Below, piece by piece: positions 42,677 through 54,419 of a stretch of 64,000 bases of DNA (its first letter is position 1; the number at the start of each line of letters is the position of its first letter). Source of the DNA: Guillardia theta CCMP2712 (taxonomy: Eukaryota; Protista; Cryptophyta); NCBI RefSeq assembly GCF_000315625.1, contig NW_005434542.1, positions 90,524 through 154,523 of the forward strand, in the 5' to 3' direction. A program made the position numbers and the translations under genes. Under the pieces are notes generated by a model. That model saw only the letters and a list, made by a program, of their open reading frames with translations, ran no database searches and was not told the origin of the DNA.

Positions 42677-45600
42677 CTAGATCAACCCAACTTGATTGTA
42701 GGAGGAGGACAGCGGGTTCCCGCCACTCTCTGAGTGGGCACCTACCTGGATGTTCCTCCGAGCCTTGAAGTAGTACAACTGTCCTGACCTAGAGCTCCTC
42801 AACTTGAGAAGCACGTTGCTCCAGAGGTCCCCACGGAGATGCATGTGCAGTCTACCCGGAGGAACTCGATCTATCGGAACCCCATCGATCTCGCAAAGCT
42901 CGTCGCCCGTGTGTACCATCAGACTATCCGACAGCCCTTGGGAGTCCTGCAGCTCGTTGATGGCAATGACTGAGATCGGGAGTCAGAGGTCGGGCCCGAG
43001 CTCATGGCGGAGGGAGTGAGAGAGTACCTGGGAAGGGAGGCTGCTCGTCGAAGTAGAGGCCGACGGTCCCTTCGATGTACCTGGACGTCATAGGAGAAGC
43101 TGCCGGCTTCTTGACGACGCCAGTCGAAGTGACGGTGTAACGGGAGCCCAGGTTTTCAAGCTGCAGCATCAGGGTCTGGTTGATGCCCTGCAGGCGAAGG
43201 ATTTCTTTCTGCATCTGCAGGCATCAAGTCAGAGCAACCCAGGAGGCTCGTCGGCTCACGTTGTCTCTTTCGGCCCTGTCCTCTCGTGTTGGGGAGGACT
43301 GGTACTGCTGGAACCTCAGATCCAGGTTGTCGAAGGAGTCCCGCGACTTCCTCTGGTACTCCATCAACTTTGTCCTGGCCTCTTGCAAGTCTTGTGTAAC
43401 AGAAACAAGGGAAGACTGCGGCATCGGTCATGGAGGCAGCCTGACACGAGACTAGAGGGAAAGGCAGCACCTGAAGACGGTGGTTGTCGATCTTGAGGGA
43501 CTGGGCCTCGTCCGAGGCGCTGCCTACATGTTCCAGCTGGTTTCTCAAGATCTGGTTTGTCCTCTCCAGCTCAGAGTTGGAGCGCTTGAGGTTCTCAACC
43601 TGGTTCAGGTCGACGTAGTCAGACATGCCCTTGTGCGCTGATGCCTCGTTGCGGCTGGTTGAGCTCTCGCTCTCGAGCCTCTCGATGATTTTGTACGCAA
43701 ACTCCAGCTCTTCCTTCATCTTCTGCACCTCATTTAGCCTGTCGGCCCCCTCGCTCTGCCTCAGAGCCTGGTCTTCCTGCTCCTTGGATTCGTACTCCTT
43801 CAACCTCCTCCTCGCGCCTGACAACTCTTCATTCTGAGCCCTCAGGAGGTTCTTCATATCTTCTTTGTCCGATTGATTCTCCAGCTCGAACATCTTGATC
43901 TTCTCCTCCAGGTCATTCATGATGGCTGCCTTCTCCTGCAGCTGGTCTTGGAAGTACCTCCTCTCTTGCTCAAGGGTCGCTCGGTGGTCTTCTTGGATGT
44001 TTGACAACTGTGCCGCATACTCCCGCCTCATGCTTGCCATTTGCTCCTGGGCGTTTGCAAGGTCTTCCTTCAATGTCTTCAAGTCATCCTCCTTGTAGTC
44101 CTTCTGCAGGAGAAAGGTCACGAGTCAAGACAGTCAGCCGGCTATTCACCTTGGCCTTGTACTGGTTGAACTTGTGCACTCTCAGCGTGATCGTCGAACT
44201 GTCATCATTCTCGTTCTTCAAGAACTCGTCGGAGTTGATCTGAATCTTCTTCGTCAGCTCCTTCGTGTGCCCGAAGTCAGCCGAGTCCAGGTTGATGACC
44301 GTCGTGCCCAGCAGCTCTGCGGCAACCGAGGGCTTCCCGCTGTATGTCATGATGACGAGCTCGGTCGAGTCCTCGTTGAGCTCGCAGAGGAACTCCTCCT
44401 CGTAGTTGATCGTCTGTCCCGGCCTGCGGGAGGTATGGTGGACCTGATTCCTGCCATCCAAGCTGATCATGACGTATGTCTCCATGTCTTGGAAGGAGGA
44501 CGGAAGGCACTCGAGCGACATGACCTTCACTTGGATGCAGTCGCCCCGTCGGAACTTGAGCCTCTTCTCGTTCTGTTTGTACTGCACGATATCTCTTTCA
44601 AGGGCTTCAATCTGCTTCTGTTGATGCTGCAGATTGTCGTTGTGCGCCTGAAGCATCGTTGACAAAGATCGTACTTCCTCATCTGACGGCAAAGGTCAGC
44701 CGTCGAGACAAGGACACGCCTCCATCCAGACTTACTGCTCCTTTGCTTCTCAGCTTCAAGAGTTGATATCCTCGACAAACTTTGGGATTCGTTCTCGACA
44801 TGTTTGGATCGCAGCTCGAAGATCTCATCGCGGAGCTTGTCGCACTGCACGGACAACAAGCAACACTCAGAGGGTATGGCGAACATGACTTCCACCTCAC
44901 CTCCTCGAACTTCACGTCGAGGTTGTTCTTGAGTTTCAGCGCGTGCTCCTCAGCATGCCTCAAGACGTCTTTGAGTTGTTCGAGCTCATCCACTCTAGAC
45001 TGCAGTTGAACTGTCAGATTCTTCTTCTCTTTGTCCAGGACCTGAAGCCGAGCCTGCAATTCCCTCACGTCAAACTCGAGCTGCAGATTCTTCTCGTAGC
45101 TCTGCGCAAGCTCGTTTGTCTTTTCCGCCAGTTCAGTATTGTCCCTGTCCTCAGTGCGATTATGAAGGTCGGACTTCAGCCGCCGAACCTCCTGCTCGGA
45201 AGCTATCAGCTGACTCTCGGTGATGCTGAGCTTCGTCGTAACGGAGTCGAACTGCTCGAGATCCGCCTTCCGACCCTCGAGGTGGTCAATCTGGGAGTAG
45301 GCATGGCCCAGCAGGAACCTCAGCTCGGCGTAAAGGTTCTGGAAGAAGGTCTGCAGCTTCGCTTCCTTGGCGTACTGCGCCTTGAGCATGTTTGACACGG
45401 CATCAATGATCTTTTGTGGCAAAGGCCCTGATTGAGATTCGAGCTGAGAATCTTCAGAGGCTCTGGGCGCTTCTTCGTACTCGTCCTTGAGACGAGAAAG
45501 TAGGTCATAGAGTCGGGCAACCTCTTCAACCTGCTTTCTGGGCAAGCAGCACAGCTCCACCTCAACAATCTCGTGAGTGATGACCTTCCTGACTGTGAGA

Positions 45601-46155
45601 TTGATCGTTTGAGATTCACAAGACAGAATCAAAGTCGAGATCGTCTCGTGATTTGCAGACAGCGAGTTGACGGCAATGATCTCGTCTCCCTTTTGAAGCT
45701 TCTCGCAAAAGAATGCAGGGCTGCCGGGCACAAGGATGTCTGTAAGGGCAGACAAGTGAGCCATCAAAACTTGGAGCACTTGTCTGCATACCGATGAAGC
45801 AGCCGTAAAGACCGATCCCAATAGACTTGGCATAGCGAGGAGTGAAAAAGTCATCGTCTTCTTGCTCACGAAAACGATCTTGCCAGTAGACGGGGAACCT
45901 CTGCATGTTCGTACGATTTTCTATGTTTCACAGACAACCAGGTCAATCTCCTGACAGGGTACACGAGCTGTCGCTCACCTTTCACCGAGGATTCATAGCT
46001 CATGGTGCTCTACATGGCAGCCACGGTCAGCAGAGTTACAAGGTTAGCATGAACAAGGACCTCTCCCCGCGGGAATCCATTCTCCATGCTCGCGCGCGAG
46101 TTCCTCGAGATGAGGGAACCGTTCATCGGAGACAACTCCGAGAGCAGGCTCATGG
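42677..46155 (-). CDS. PDZ, coiled-coil, C2, coiled-coil, PDZ scaffold protein, multi-exon
   Basis: LVPGSPA..KLQKGDEIIAVN (PDZ); IQVKVM..METYVMISLDG..HTS..YEEEF..LLGTTVINL (C2); VHTGDELCEIDG..LRGDLWSNVLLKL (PDZ). Confidence 0.8.
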
Positions 46156-48535
46156 CCTGTTACAAAGACGATCAAGGGATGCAGTGCAGGCATGCATGCT
46201 CGCAAGCTCATGATTCATGGTCACAAGCTGTGAAGTCGAAAGGGCGTTTCAGCGTCAATGTGTGGAAAACAAGGAGCAAGGTGTCCGAGAGGGGTGAGCA
46301 ACAAACATCAGAACAGGAGAGGGGATGAGACGACCTTTAGCTGTATAGCAAGAGGGAAGAAGTCAGCTAGCAGAGGGGAAAATGTGGAATGAGGTGTTAG
46401 ATCATGCTATGGTTGAAAGAGCAGCTGCAGCTACTGGGGCAGACAAGGATCCGTCGAGGTCAGAGTCATCGGGATTGCCAGCATATAACTGTGATGGGCG
46501 TCAAGGATGAGAGGAAGTAAGGGACTTTGATGAAGATTCGGCGAATGGTCAGGAGACAGAAATATGAAGGTCTCTTGTTCGGAGAGAGGATTGCAAGGCA
46601 TGAAGATCAGATCAGCCTGTCTCCGTAGAGAGCAGGTTCAAGACAGAGTGAAAATAAAGGGAGAACCCCGGCCTAATCGGGGGAGAAGAGGAAGAGAGGA
46701 GCAAGGAGTAGCAACTGGACGGGGGTGTCAAGACGAGAGGTTCTAAGACAGAGCACACGGAGGTAGGGGGAGAGAGATGGGCGAGGACTGGAGCTGGAAA
46801 GACTGAGCGTGGAACGAGTACGAGAGAGGACGGAGAGGAGAGCAGGCGCGAGAGGAGAGGGAGAGGAGAGGGAGAGGGAGGGCCATGCAGTGAAGCGGCA
46901 TAGGGGAATGAGATCTTGCAGCCCAGAGGAAGGAGCTACCGGTGATAGACAGATCCGTACGATTCCGAGAGGGGGGTAGTGGTGGTACCATCTTCGTACC
47001 AGGGGTGGTAAGACTTATATCCGGGGATAGCAGGGGTTCAAAACGAGTACCCCACCCCCTAGTGATAAGCAGCCACCCCCTACAAAGTTACCCAGGGTGA
47101 GATACTCCGAGGCTCCGGGGCAAGGGTACCTTCGGGTATGCCAAGTTGGTGGGCCAGGGCCAGGACGGGTGAGCCGGGTGGCTGCATTTCGGCCTGCAAG
47201 AGGCAGCCCCCCATAGTCTGAACATTTCCCTCTTGTCGCACTAATGCAATTGCGGTAACCCCCTACAATAGTCATCATGCCGCCCCACCGTGACCCCTTT
47301 GTCTTCACAGCAGCCAAGTTGCTGTGGCTCGTATCATGATACGATATGAACCTACTACCCACCCCCTGGGACTCACTGGGAGCCGGCCTACAGTACACCG
47401 GTGGTACCCCTCGGGGGCGGGTACTACGGTACCTTAACTTAACATTGAGTAAAAGGCACCTCGAGCTCCAAGCAAAGTTAAGCTACCACCTTTGGCAGTG
47501 ACCCGGAAAATACCCCACCCCTCTATCGCTGAGTACCAATAGCCTGATATCATACCACCGGTCAGGTCCCAGTTCCGGTGGCACTCAGCCGACGGTCAAC
47601 CACCCCTGGCCCATCAAGCACTGAGTTGGTTTTGCGCCCCTTGGCGTTGAGCCGCTCAGGCTACTGAGGCCCAACATGACCCCCTGCGGTAAACCGGAAG
47701 TTCCGGCCGCTGAAACAGACTCTCCGTCCCGGCCCGGGCCCTTTTACACTCAACATCGGAAGTAACTCCGGCGCTGCCGCTCGGCCCGGCGGAAGGGCCG
47801 CCCGCCGCGGGGGCCCCCCAGGCTATGACTGATCACCCGGCGGACGGCCCTCCGAGGCCGCTCCGATCACGCGGCGGCCCGGCGGGCTGGCCGGAGCGGC
47901 TCAGGCGGGGCCGCGCCGGGCAGGCTACGGCGCCGGGCCCCAGCCTCTCGGAGGCGGCGCGGCCGCACACGGCCGGGCGCCGTTGCCCCGGCCATCAGGA
48001 TCGGACTCCGGGATGGTCACCAGGCTCAGTGCCACGCCGGTCAAAGCTGACTGGGACTCTGATGAGGACTCCGGAATGAGGAGCGGGAGCGTGACGGCTG
48101 TACTGCGGGCAGAGATCATGATATGCATGGATGCAGAAGCCTGTAGTGTAATAAAGGACGTGGTTGAATCCATTTCTGCGACAAGACGAACTCGGAAACT
48201 ACTAAGAACCTTTCAAAGTTTTATAGCAGTTTGACTACTAGGGCTGCCATGACGGCACCTTGCTGAAGCTCTGCGGCAGCCCGCCGACCTGCGGCACTCA
48301 GTCTGGCGAGCCACGCCTTGTGCCTCGGAGAGTTTCACGATGCCCCGATACTATGATAGGCGATGATGGTGAGCCAGACGGAGCGTTCTTGTCAGCGCTC
48401 TGCAACCGTTGCCGCCGGGTCACTAGCGGGTTGGTCCCTGCCCGCAGTACAGCCCGTCACGCTCCCGCTCCTCATTCCTCATCCCAGCTTTGTGGGCTGC
48501 AACTGCTCCGAGGTGCCTTGGAACCGCTGAGCCTA

Positions 48536-49411
48536 CTACATCATCCCTAGCAAACACAACTCTTGAACCCTTTCCCTGAACAATGGGCTCCTTACCAAAT
48601 AGCACATCCCCATCTGAGAATTCACTTTCTCGTCATCGCTTGCCCCACCGTCCTTGTTCAGGTAGCCGCCAATTCTTTCCGGGCTGTACAACTCTTCAAA
48701 AAAACCCAAATACTCTTCGGCGCGTTTCCCCTTGCCGTAAAAGGATGCAGCAGATACTATGATCATGTCTAGATAAGGCATGCATGCCTGTTGAGCCTTT
48801 TTCATGTGGAGCCGCATAGCCCGCTCATCCTCGATCTCCTCAATATTGGTGGGGTTGCAATCTGACGGCAGCTGTAGCTCCGCCTTCACCTCCTTCCATA
48901 CAGTCTCGAATGTAGGACTTGGCTTCGGAACCGGATCCAACTGGTGGAGACCCTGACCAACCTCGTTCAAGAACCTTTCTACGTCTGGCTCTCCCTCCCG
49001 CTCGCTCCCCTTTGGATAGAAGCAGTTCGCTCTTCTCGCCTGATATTGCAGGTTTGCGTACGCTGGTCCGGATAGCTCTACCTCGACCATTCGATTCTTC
49101 TTTCTGTTTCTGCGTTTCTTCTTGCCTGCAGGCTTAGGCTGTGGTTCAGCTTGCTCACACACAGTCTCTCCTGCTGTCTCCTCCACAGCCTCTTCCCCTG
49201 CTGTCTCCTCCACAGCCTCTTCCCCTGCTGTCTCCTCCACAGCCTCTTCCCCTGCTGTCTCCTCCACAGCCTCTTCCCCTGCTGTCTCCTCCACAGCCTC
49301 TTCCCCTCTGTCAAGGAAAGAGAAGCTGGGGGGTGGCAAGGGGGGGGCAGAAGGGAAGATGAGGAGAGAGTAAAGTGAGGAGGAAGCGTCTTGCGCAGCA
49401 ACAGCAGCCAT
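48536..49411 (-). CDS. Hypothetical protein with five EEAVEETAG repeats, paralogue 1
   Basis: ORF with 27-bp tandem repeats; duplicated with 50254-50862. Confidence 0.55.
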   Translation of the reverse strand: MAAVAAQDASSSLYSLLIFPSAPPLPPPSFSFLDRGEEAVEETAGEEAVEETAGEEAVEETAGEEAVEETAGEEAVEETAGETVCEQAEPQPKPAGKKKRRNRKKNRMVEVELSGPAYANLQYQARRANCFYPKGSEREGEPDVERFLNEVGQGLHQLDPVPKPSPTFETVWKEVKAELQLPSDCNPTNIEEIEDERAMRLHMKKAQQACMPYLDMIIVSAASFYGKGKRAEEYLGFFEELYSPERIGGYLNKDGGASDDEKVNSQMGMCYLVRSPLFRERVQELCLLGMM

Positions 49412-50253
49412 TCCTGGATTCCTGGGTCAGTACCCCTGTGGGCATCCCTAGACGGAGGGAGGGAAAGGACCGGGTGGGACGAGTCATCTTGGTACAAACA
49501 TTCAAAAGCTGATTTGAGTAAGATTTGAATGTGAATTGGCGGCAAACCGCTGATCCACGGACTGAGGCTGGCCGGGCGGCCGGCGGGCCGGCTGCCAGGC
49601 CGGGGCGAGTCCCGGTCCGACGATCACTCGGGGGCCGGGGACTCCGACGGCACTGGGCCCCCCGGCGGCATCATCATCCGGCGCGGCCGGGCCGCCCGGC
49701 AGGCCCACTGCCAGTGACTGCTGGTGACCGTGCCAGTACGGTCTGAAAGGTCTCGTGCAGTGCCCGCGACGTTAGACCAGGGTACTGATGGCAGCCCGGC
49801 TGCGTTGCCGTTCCCTCATAATCAGAGTCCCGGCCGTTCATGGCAAGCCTTGAAGGCGGAATTAAGGCCGCCCGGGACATCAGTGCCATGATCGGATCAT
49901 GGCTTCGGCCCCCCGTCAGTCCTGCCGCTGCAGTGCGGCTGAGAAACAGCCCCGGGCTCAGCTTCTGCCGAGGGGATGTATCAGCCACCCGGCGGCAACG
50001 GTGGCAGAGCGCTGACCGTTGAAGAATCTCCGTCAGCAAGGCGCCGTCATGGCAGCCCTAGTAGTCAAAGCCTATAAAACTTTGAAAGGTTCTCAGTAGT
50101 TTCCGAGTTCGTCTTGTCGCAGAAGTGGATTCAACCACGTCCTTTATTACACAACAGGCTTCTGCATCCATGCATATCACGATCCCTCAGTGCCCACAGT
50201 ACAGCCGTTACGCTCCCGCTCCTCATTCCTCATCCCAGCTTTGTTGGTTGCAA

Positions 50254-50862
50254 CTACTCCGAGAGGTTCTGCTGAGTCTCTCGTATAGTTTCTGCCAAAA
50301 ACATCGCGTGAAATCTTTCCCTAACCCCTGGGATCTTTGCAAGACGCATCAGAGTTTTCTGTTGATCTTCCTCGTCGACTTCATCGCTTGCCCCACCGTT
50401 CTGGTTGGCACCTCTGTGTTCCATCAATATGGCTTGAAACACTCGGTTCGCCCTCCTACCAATGTCGTTCAAGAACCTTCCTACGTCTGGCTCTCCCTCC
50501 CGCTCGCTCCCCTTTGGATAGAAGCAGTTCAATCTGCTCGCCTGATATTGCAGGTTTGCGTACGCTTGTCCGGATATCGGAACCTCGACCATCCCATCCT
50601 TCGTTGTTTTGTAACCGGGTTTGTGCTCGCCTGCAGGCTTAGGCTGTGGTTCAGCTTGCTCGCACACAGTCTCTCCTGCTGTCTCCTCCACAGCCTCTTC
50701 CCCTGCTGTCTCCTCCACAGCCTCTTCCCCTGCTGTCTCCTCCACAGCCTCTTCCCCTCTGTCAAGGAAAGAGAAGCTGGGGGGTGGCAAGGGGGGGGCA
50801 GAAGGGAAGATGAGGAGAGAGTAAAGTGAGGAGGAAGCGTCTTGCGCAGCAACAGCAGCCAT
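50254..50862 (-). CDS. Hypothetical protein with three EEAVEETAG repeats, paralogue 2
   Basis: Near-identical 5' part to paralogue 1, divergent C-terminus. Confidence 0.55.
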   Translation of the reverse strand: MAAVAAQDASSSLYSLLIFPSAPPLPPPSFSFLDRGEEAVEETAGEEAVEETAGEEAVEETAGETVCEQAEPQPKPAGEHKPGYKTTKDGMVEVPISGQAYANLQYQASRLNCFYPKGSEREGEPDVGRFLNDIGRRANRVFQAILMEHRGANQNGGASDEVDEEDQQKTLMRLAKIPGVRERFHAMFLAETIRETQQNLSE

Positions 50863-51623
50863 TCCTGGATTCCTGGGTCAGTACCCCTGCGGGCATCCCT
50901 AGACGGAGGGAGGGAAAGGACCGGGTGGGACGAGGCATCTTGGTACAAACATTCAAAACTGATCAGATCAAAGTTTGGCGGCAATCTTTTTTACTACAGC
51001 CCTTCAACCCTGCCTTCAACCGTTTCAACCCGGTTGCTTTATTAGTCACGGTGCTGTATCGGAGGGTCATGGCACGAAGCCGCTTTGTGACGCCGGCCCG
51101 GCCGTTGCCCGGTGCAGTGCCTCACTGAAGACACCGTGGCAGGCCCTACTCGGCGGCGTGGCCCAGTGGCCGCCGTGCCGGGCTGGCCGGCCAGGGCCGT
51201 GACTCGGACTCGAGACGTCCGTGACGGTACGGTCGCCGGAACAGCGGCCGCACGGTGCTTCGGACGGAAATCAGTGACTGTGATCGGAGTCGACGCCGCC
51301 TATGCCGGGCCGCCGGGCGGCCCGGCTCAGCGGCTGCTGCCGGTCCGCCTCAGTACACCCTCAGTCGTGGACTCCGAGTTACGCCGCCTGCAATTTATGG
51401 GGCGCACTGGCCAACATGCAAGGGAAGCTAGGGAAGGGAGGTCAGGAGAAGAAGCCATGAGCAGAGCTGAGGAGAGTAGAGTAGCATGTTAACAAGAGTA
51501 GAAGGAGGACCAGAGAAGAGGACAGAGGGAGGACAGTGCCAGCGACGGAGGGGAATCAGGAACAGCAGCAGGTACATGTGCTTGCGAGGGTAGTGGAAGG
51601 AGAGTGAAAGAGAGAAGACTAGG

Positions 51624-54260
51624 ATGACGCAGGAATTGAGGACCTTGATGGTTGCCAGGCTTGCTCGAGGAGCTACGATGTGGGGGAGGGGAGGATGTTC
51701 AATTCAATTCTATCTGGCAACCCTTGTGGTGTTGGTATGGCAACAGCAAGCAAGGGCGTTCGCTCCTGCCATGCCATCGAGCTCTTGTGCGAGGATGGCC
51801 ATGTTCAATCACAGATGTTTCGGCGGCAGACACTCAACGGAAAGGTAACGCTGATATCCTCTTGCGTCATCCATGAGACAAACCCATACTTTTAGTTGGC
51901 CCGCAAAAACTCGGAGGAGAGAATCGTTACCCGGCAGACTACGGCTCTCGTCAAACGAAGATCTCAACAAGGAGCGCAGGCAGGTCTTGGCGACCATTCT
52001 TTCTCCCCTGGCAGCAGGTGGCAATAAGGAGGATGTACGGATAGTTCGTCATGCCTGACCTTACCGTTGCAGTTTCGACAGCATACCTGATAGTGGTCAG
52101 ACTTGTCGATTTCCCAACCACGTTGTTTGACGGTTGTCCTTTCCAGCCTCTTGTGCTGGGCAGCGGGACGAGAAGCTCGGGATGGTACAAGAAGATGTTT
52201 GCTGAGAACATGGTGTGCGACGGACTGGGAGGTCAAGATTTTGACAATTTTGCAAGGAGTCCATGGACGATTACGAGGAGGGGGTGTCCGGAATGAAGAG
52301 GAGCCTCTTCAGCCTGATGCAGGACGACCAAGACGTGCTTGGTGCGGACGATTTTGTTCCCCGGATCGATTCTCATCCTCTCACTCCTTCAGAGATCGGA
52401 GCTGGGCTAGGCCCCAACCTCCCTTACTTCCCTTCCTCGATTCGATACACGGCAGGTGGAATGACAACTCAATGCTCCTCCTCCCCTCCTGATCCTCCAC
52501 TTCTTCCTTCTCTCTCCTCCTGCTCCCCTCCTCCTGCTCTCCTCCTCCTCCTCCTGCTCCTCCTCCCCTCCCCCTCCTCCTCCTTCTCTTCATCCTCTTC
52601 ATCCTCCTGATGGACTGACTGCCTGACGACAACAGTGGAGCCCAACCAATTCATGCACGAGCGGCTGATGGAGAAGTCCGCTCGCTTCCTCAAGGAGCCC
52701 TTGAAACTGGTCGATGACATCCGGTGAGGAGATGAGAGATGCGACGAGGAGGAAGAGAAGGAGAAGGAGAGATGGGAGGGAAGTCGGGAGGAGACGGAGA
52801 CGAGAGGAGAAGAGCGAAAGTGAGATCAGTATGAGGCAAGCAAGACGAGAAGTTGGAGGGAAGAGATCGAAGGAGAGCAAAGAAGGAAGGGTCCCAGGGC
52901 GTTGGAATGCTCTTGACTGACCCATGGGATGGAGAATGATTCCATCTGCTTCCATGGACGTCGTCGTCTCCACTCTAGTTCTCTGCAGCGTACAAAACCA
53001 AGTGAGGAAGTCAGATGCAAGCATCCAGCAAGACTGATAACCATGTGCAGGAAGAAATGCTCGATGAGGAAAGCGAATCCGTTCCACCTGCACCTGCCGC
53101 CTTCTCCTTCTCGACCATCCCTAACCCTGCTTCACCTCGCTCCCCCTCCCGTCTCAGCCTCTCTGCTCAACAGCCTCCTCCCTCCCTTGGTTGATCTTGG
53201 TTCCATCAGATTCTCAGAGTCCTCCGGCCCGGAGGGACCTTCCTCTTCGTGGAGCACGTCATCGAGCGATCGCAGGTGGCGCCGATGGCCTTGTCAGGCC
53301 CCTTACCAGTCCTCAGGGATATCCTACACCTTACAACCAGAAGTCCTTCAACTGGAGCAAGGCCTGGTACAGGTGAGAGGCAGGAGTTGAGGACGAGATG
53401 GGACGGGAAGGGACGGGAAGGGACGGGGCAGGAGGAGAGAGGGGACAGGACAGGAGGAGGGAGGAAGGAAACCACAGGGTGGGGAAGAAGAGTTGAGACG
53501 GATGTAGAAGATGAGCCGGAGGGGAAGGAAGGAGGGAGGGTCGAGGGTCGAGGTCGGGATAAGGCAGTAGAGAGCCGAGGAGGCTGAAGAAAGGAAGAGA
53601 GGAGAGGAGAGGAGAGGAGAGGGGGGGAGAGAGGGGAGTCAAGAGGAGAGGAGAGGAGTGGAGAGGAGAGGAGAGGAGAGCGAATGAACTCATTCTCTTC
53701 CCAGGTGGTTTCAGAGGGCCATCACCCCCCTCCAAGTGAGACTCCGTCCGTTGCTTCTGGTGCTTCAGTGAGATGAGGCGACAGGTGGCGCTTGCAGACG
53801 GCTGCCATGCCGACAGGTGGAGGATGAAGAGGCGGGGAGGAGGAGGCCTAACGGCAGCATGGCAGGGATACTCTCGCTGCGATGCAGAGCAAGTTGTTGA
53901 GCTGGGGGCGACTGATGCTGCAGCTGACGACGTTGTTGGTGGCATGATGGTTGGTCGCCGTGAAGGTTTTCGGACGTGTACTGCAAGCATTTCTATGTGA
54001 GGAGGAGGATCAAGTTTGGTCAGGTGTGACTGTCCGGTTAGATTCCTGAGCTGTGGGGGGGGGAGGACTGGTGGAGTTTCTTTCCTATCGGGCCACAGGT
54101 GAGCAGGACCGTTCGAGAAGAGTGTGAGGGTCAGATGTACGAATTGGGTGATAGTCATGACGGTGATGGTTCCTGAAATGCCCATGGGGATTGCGATGAC
54201 GATGGCGATGGCGATGACGATGATGATGACGATGATGATGACGATGATGATGACGATGAC

Positions 54261-54299
<39 letters not shown>

Positions 54300-54412
54300 A
54301 TCTTGGTCGAGGCGATGATGAGTTTGACGCCAGTGCATAGATTGCTGGTGTCGCCATCAAACGTCCCCTCAAGGACTCTGGGGTCCTAGCAAAGGTTCGT
54401 CAGACTTCCTAA
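51624..54412 (+). CDS. Plastid-targeted SAM-dependent methyltransferase (Methyltransf_11, METTL7/TMT1-like), multi-exon
   Basis: Leader with ARA-FAP; EIGAGLGPNLPY; VEPNQFM; DVVVSTLVLCSV; ILRVLRPGGTFLFVEHV; ADGCHADR; PIGPQ-IAGVAIK. Confidence 0.85.
54196..54298. repeat. (GAT/GAC)n intronic microsatellite
   Basis: Seen directly. Confidence 0.95.
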
Positions 54413-54419
54413 CAGCCGA

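Noticed and set aside
53331-54372. Poly-His, poly-Ile and poly-Met ORFs
   Set aside because: Derived from an intronic (GAT)n tract of the methyltransferase gene
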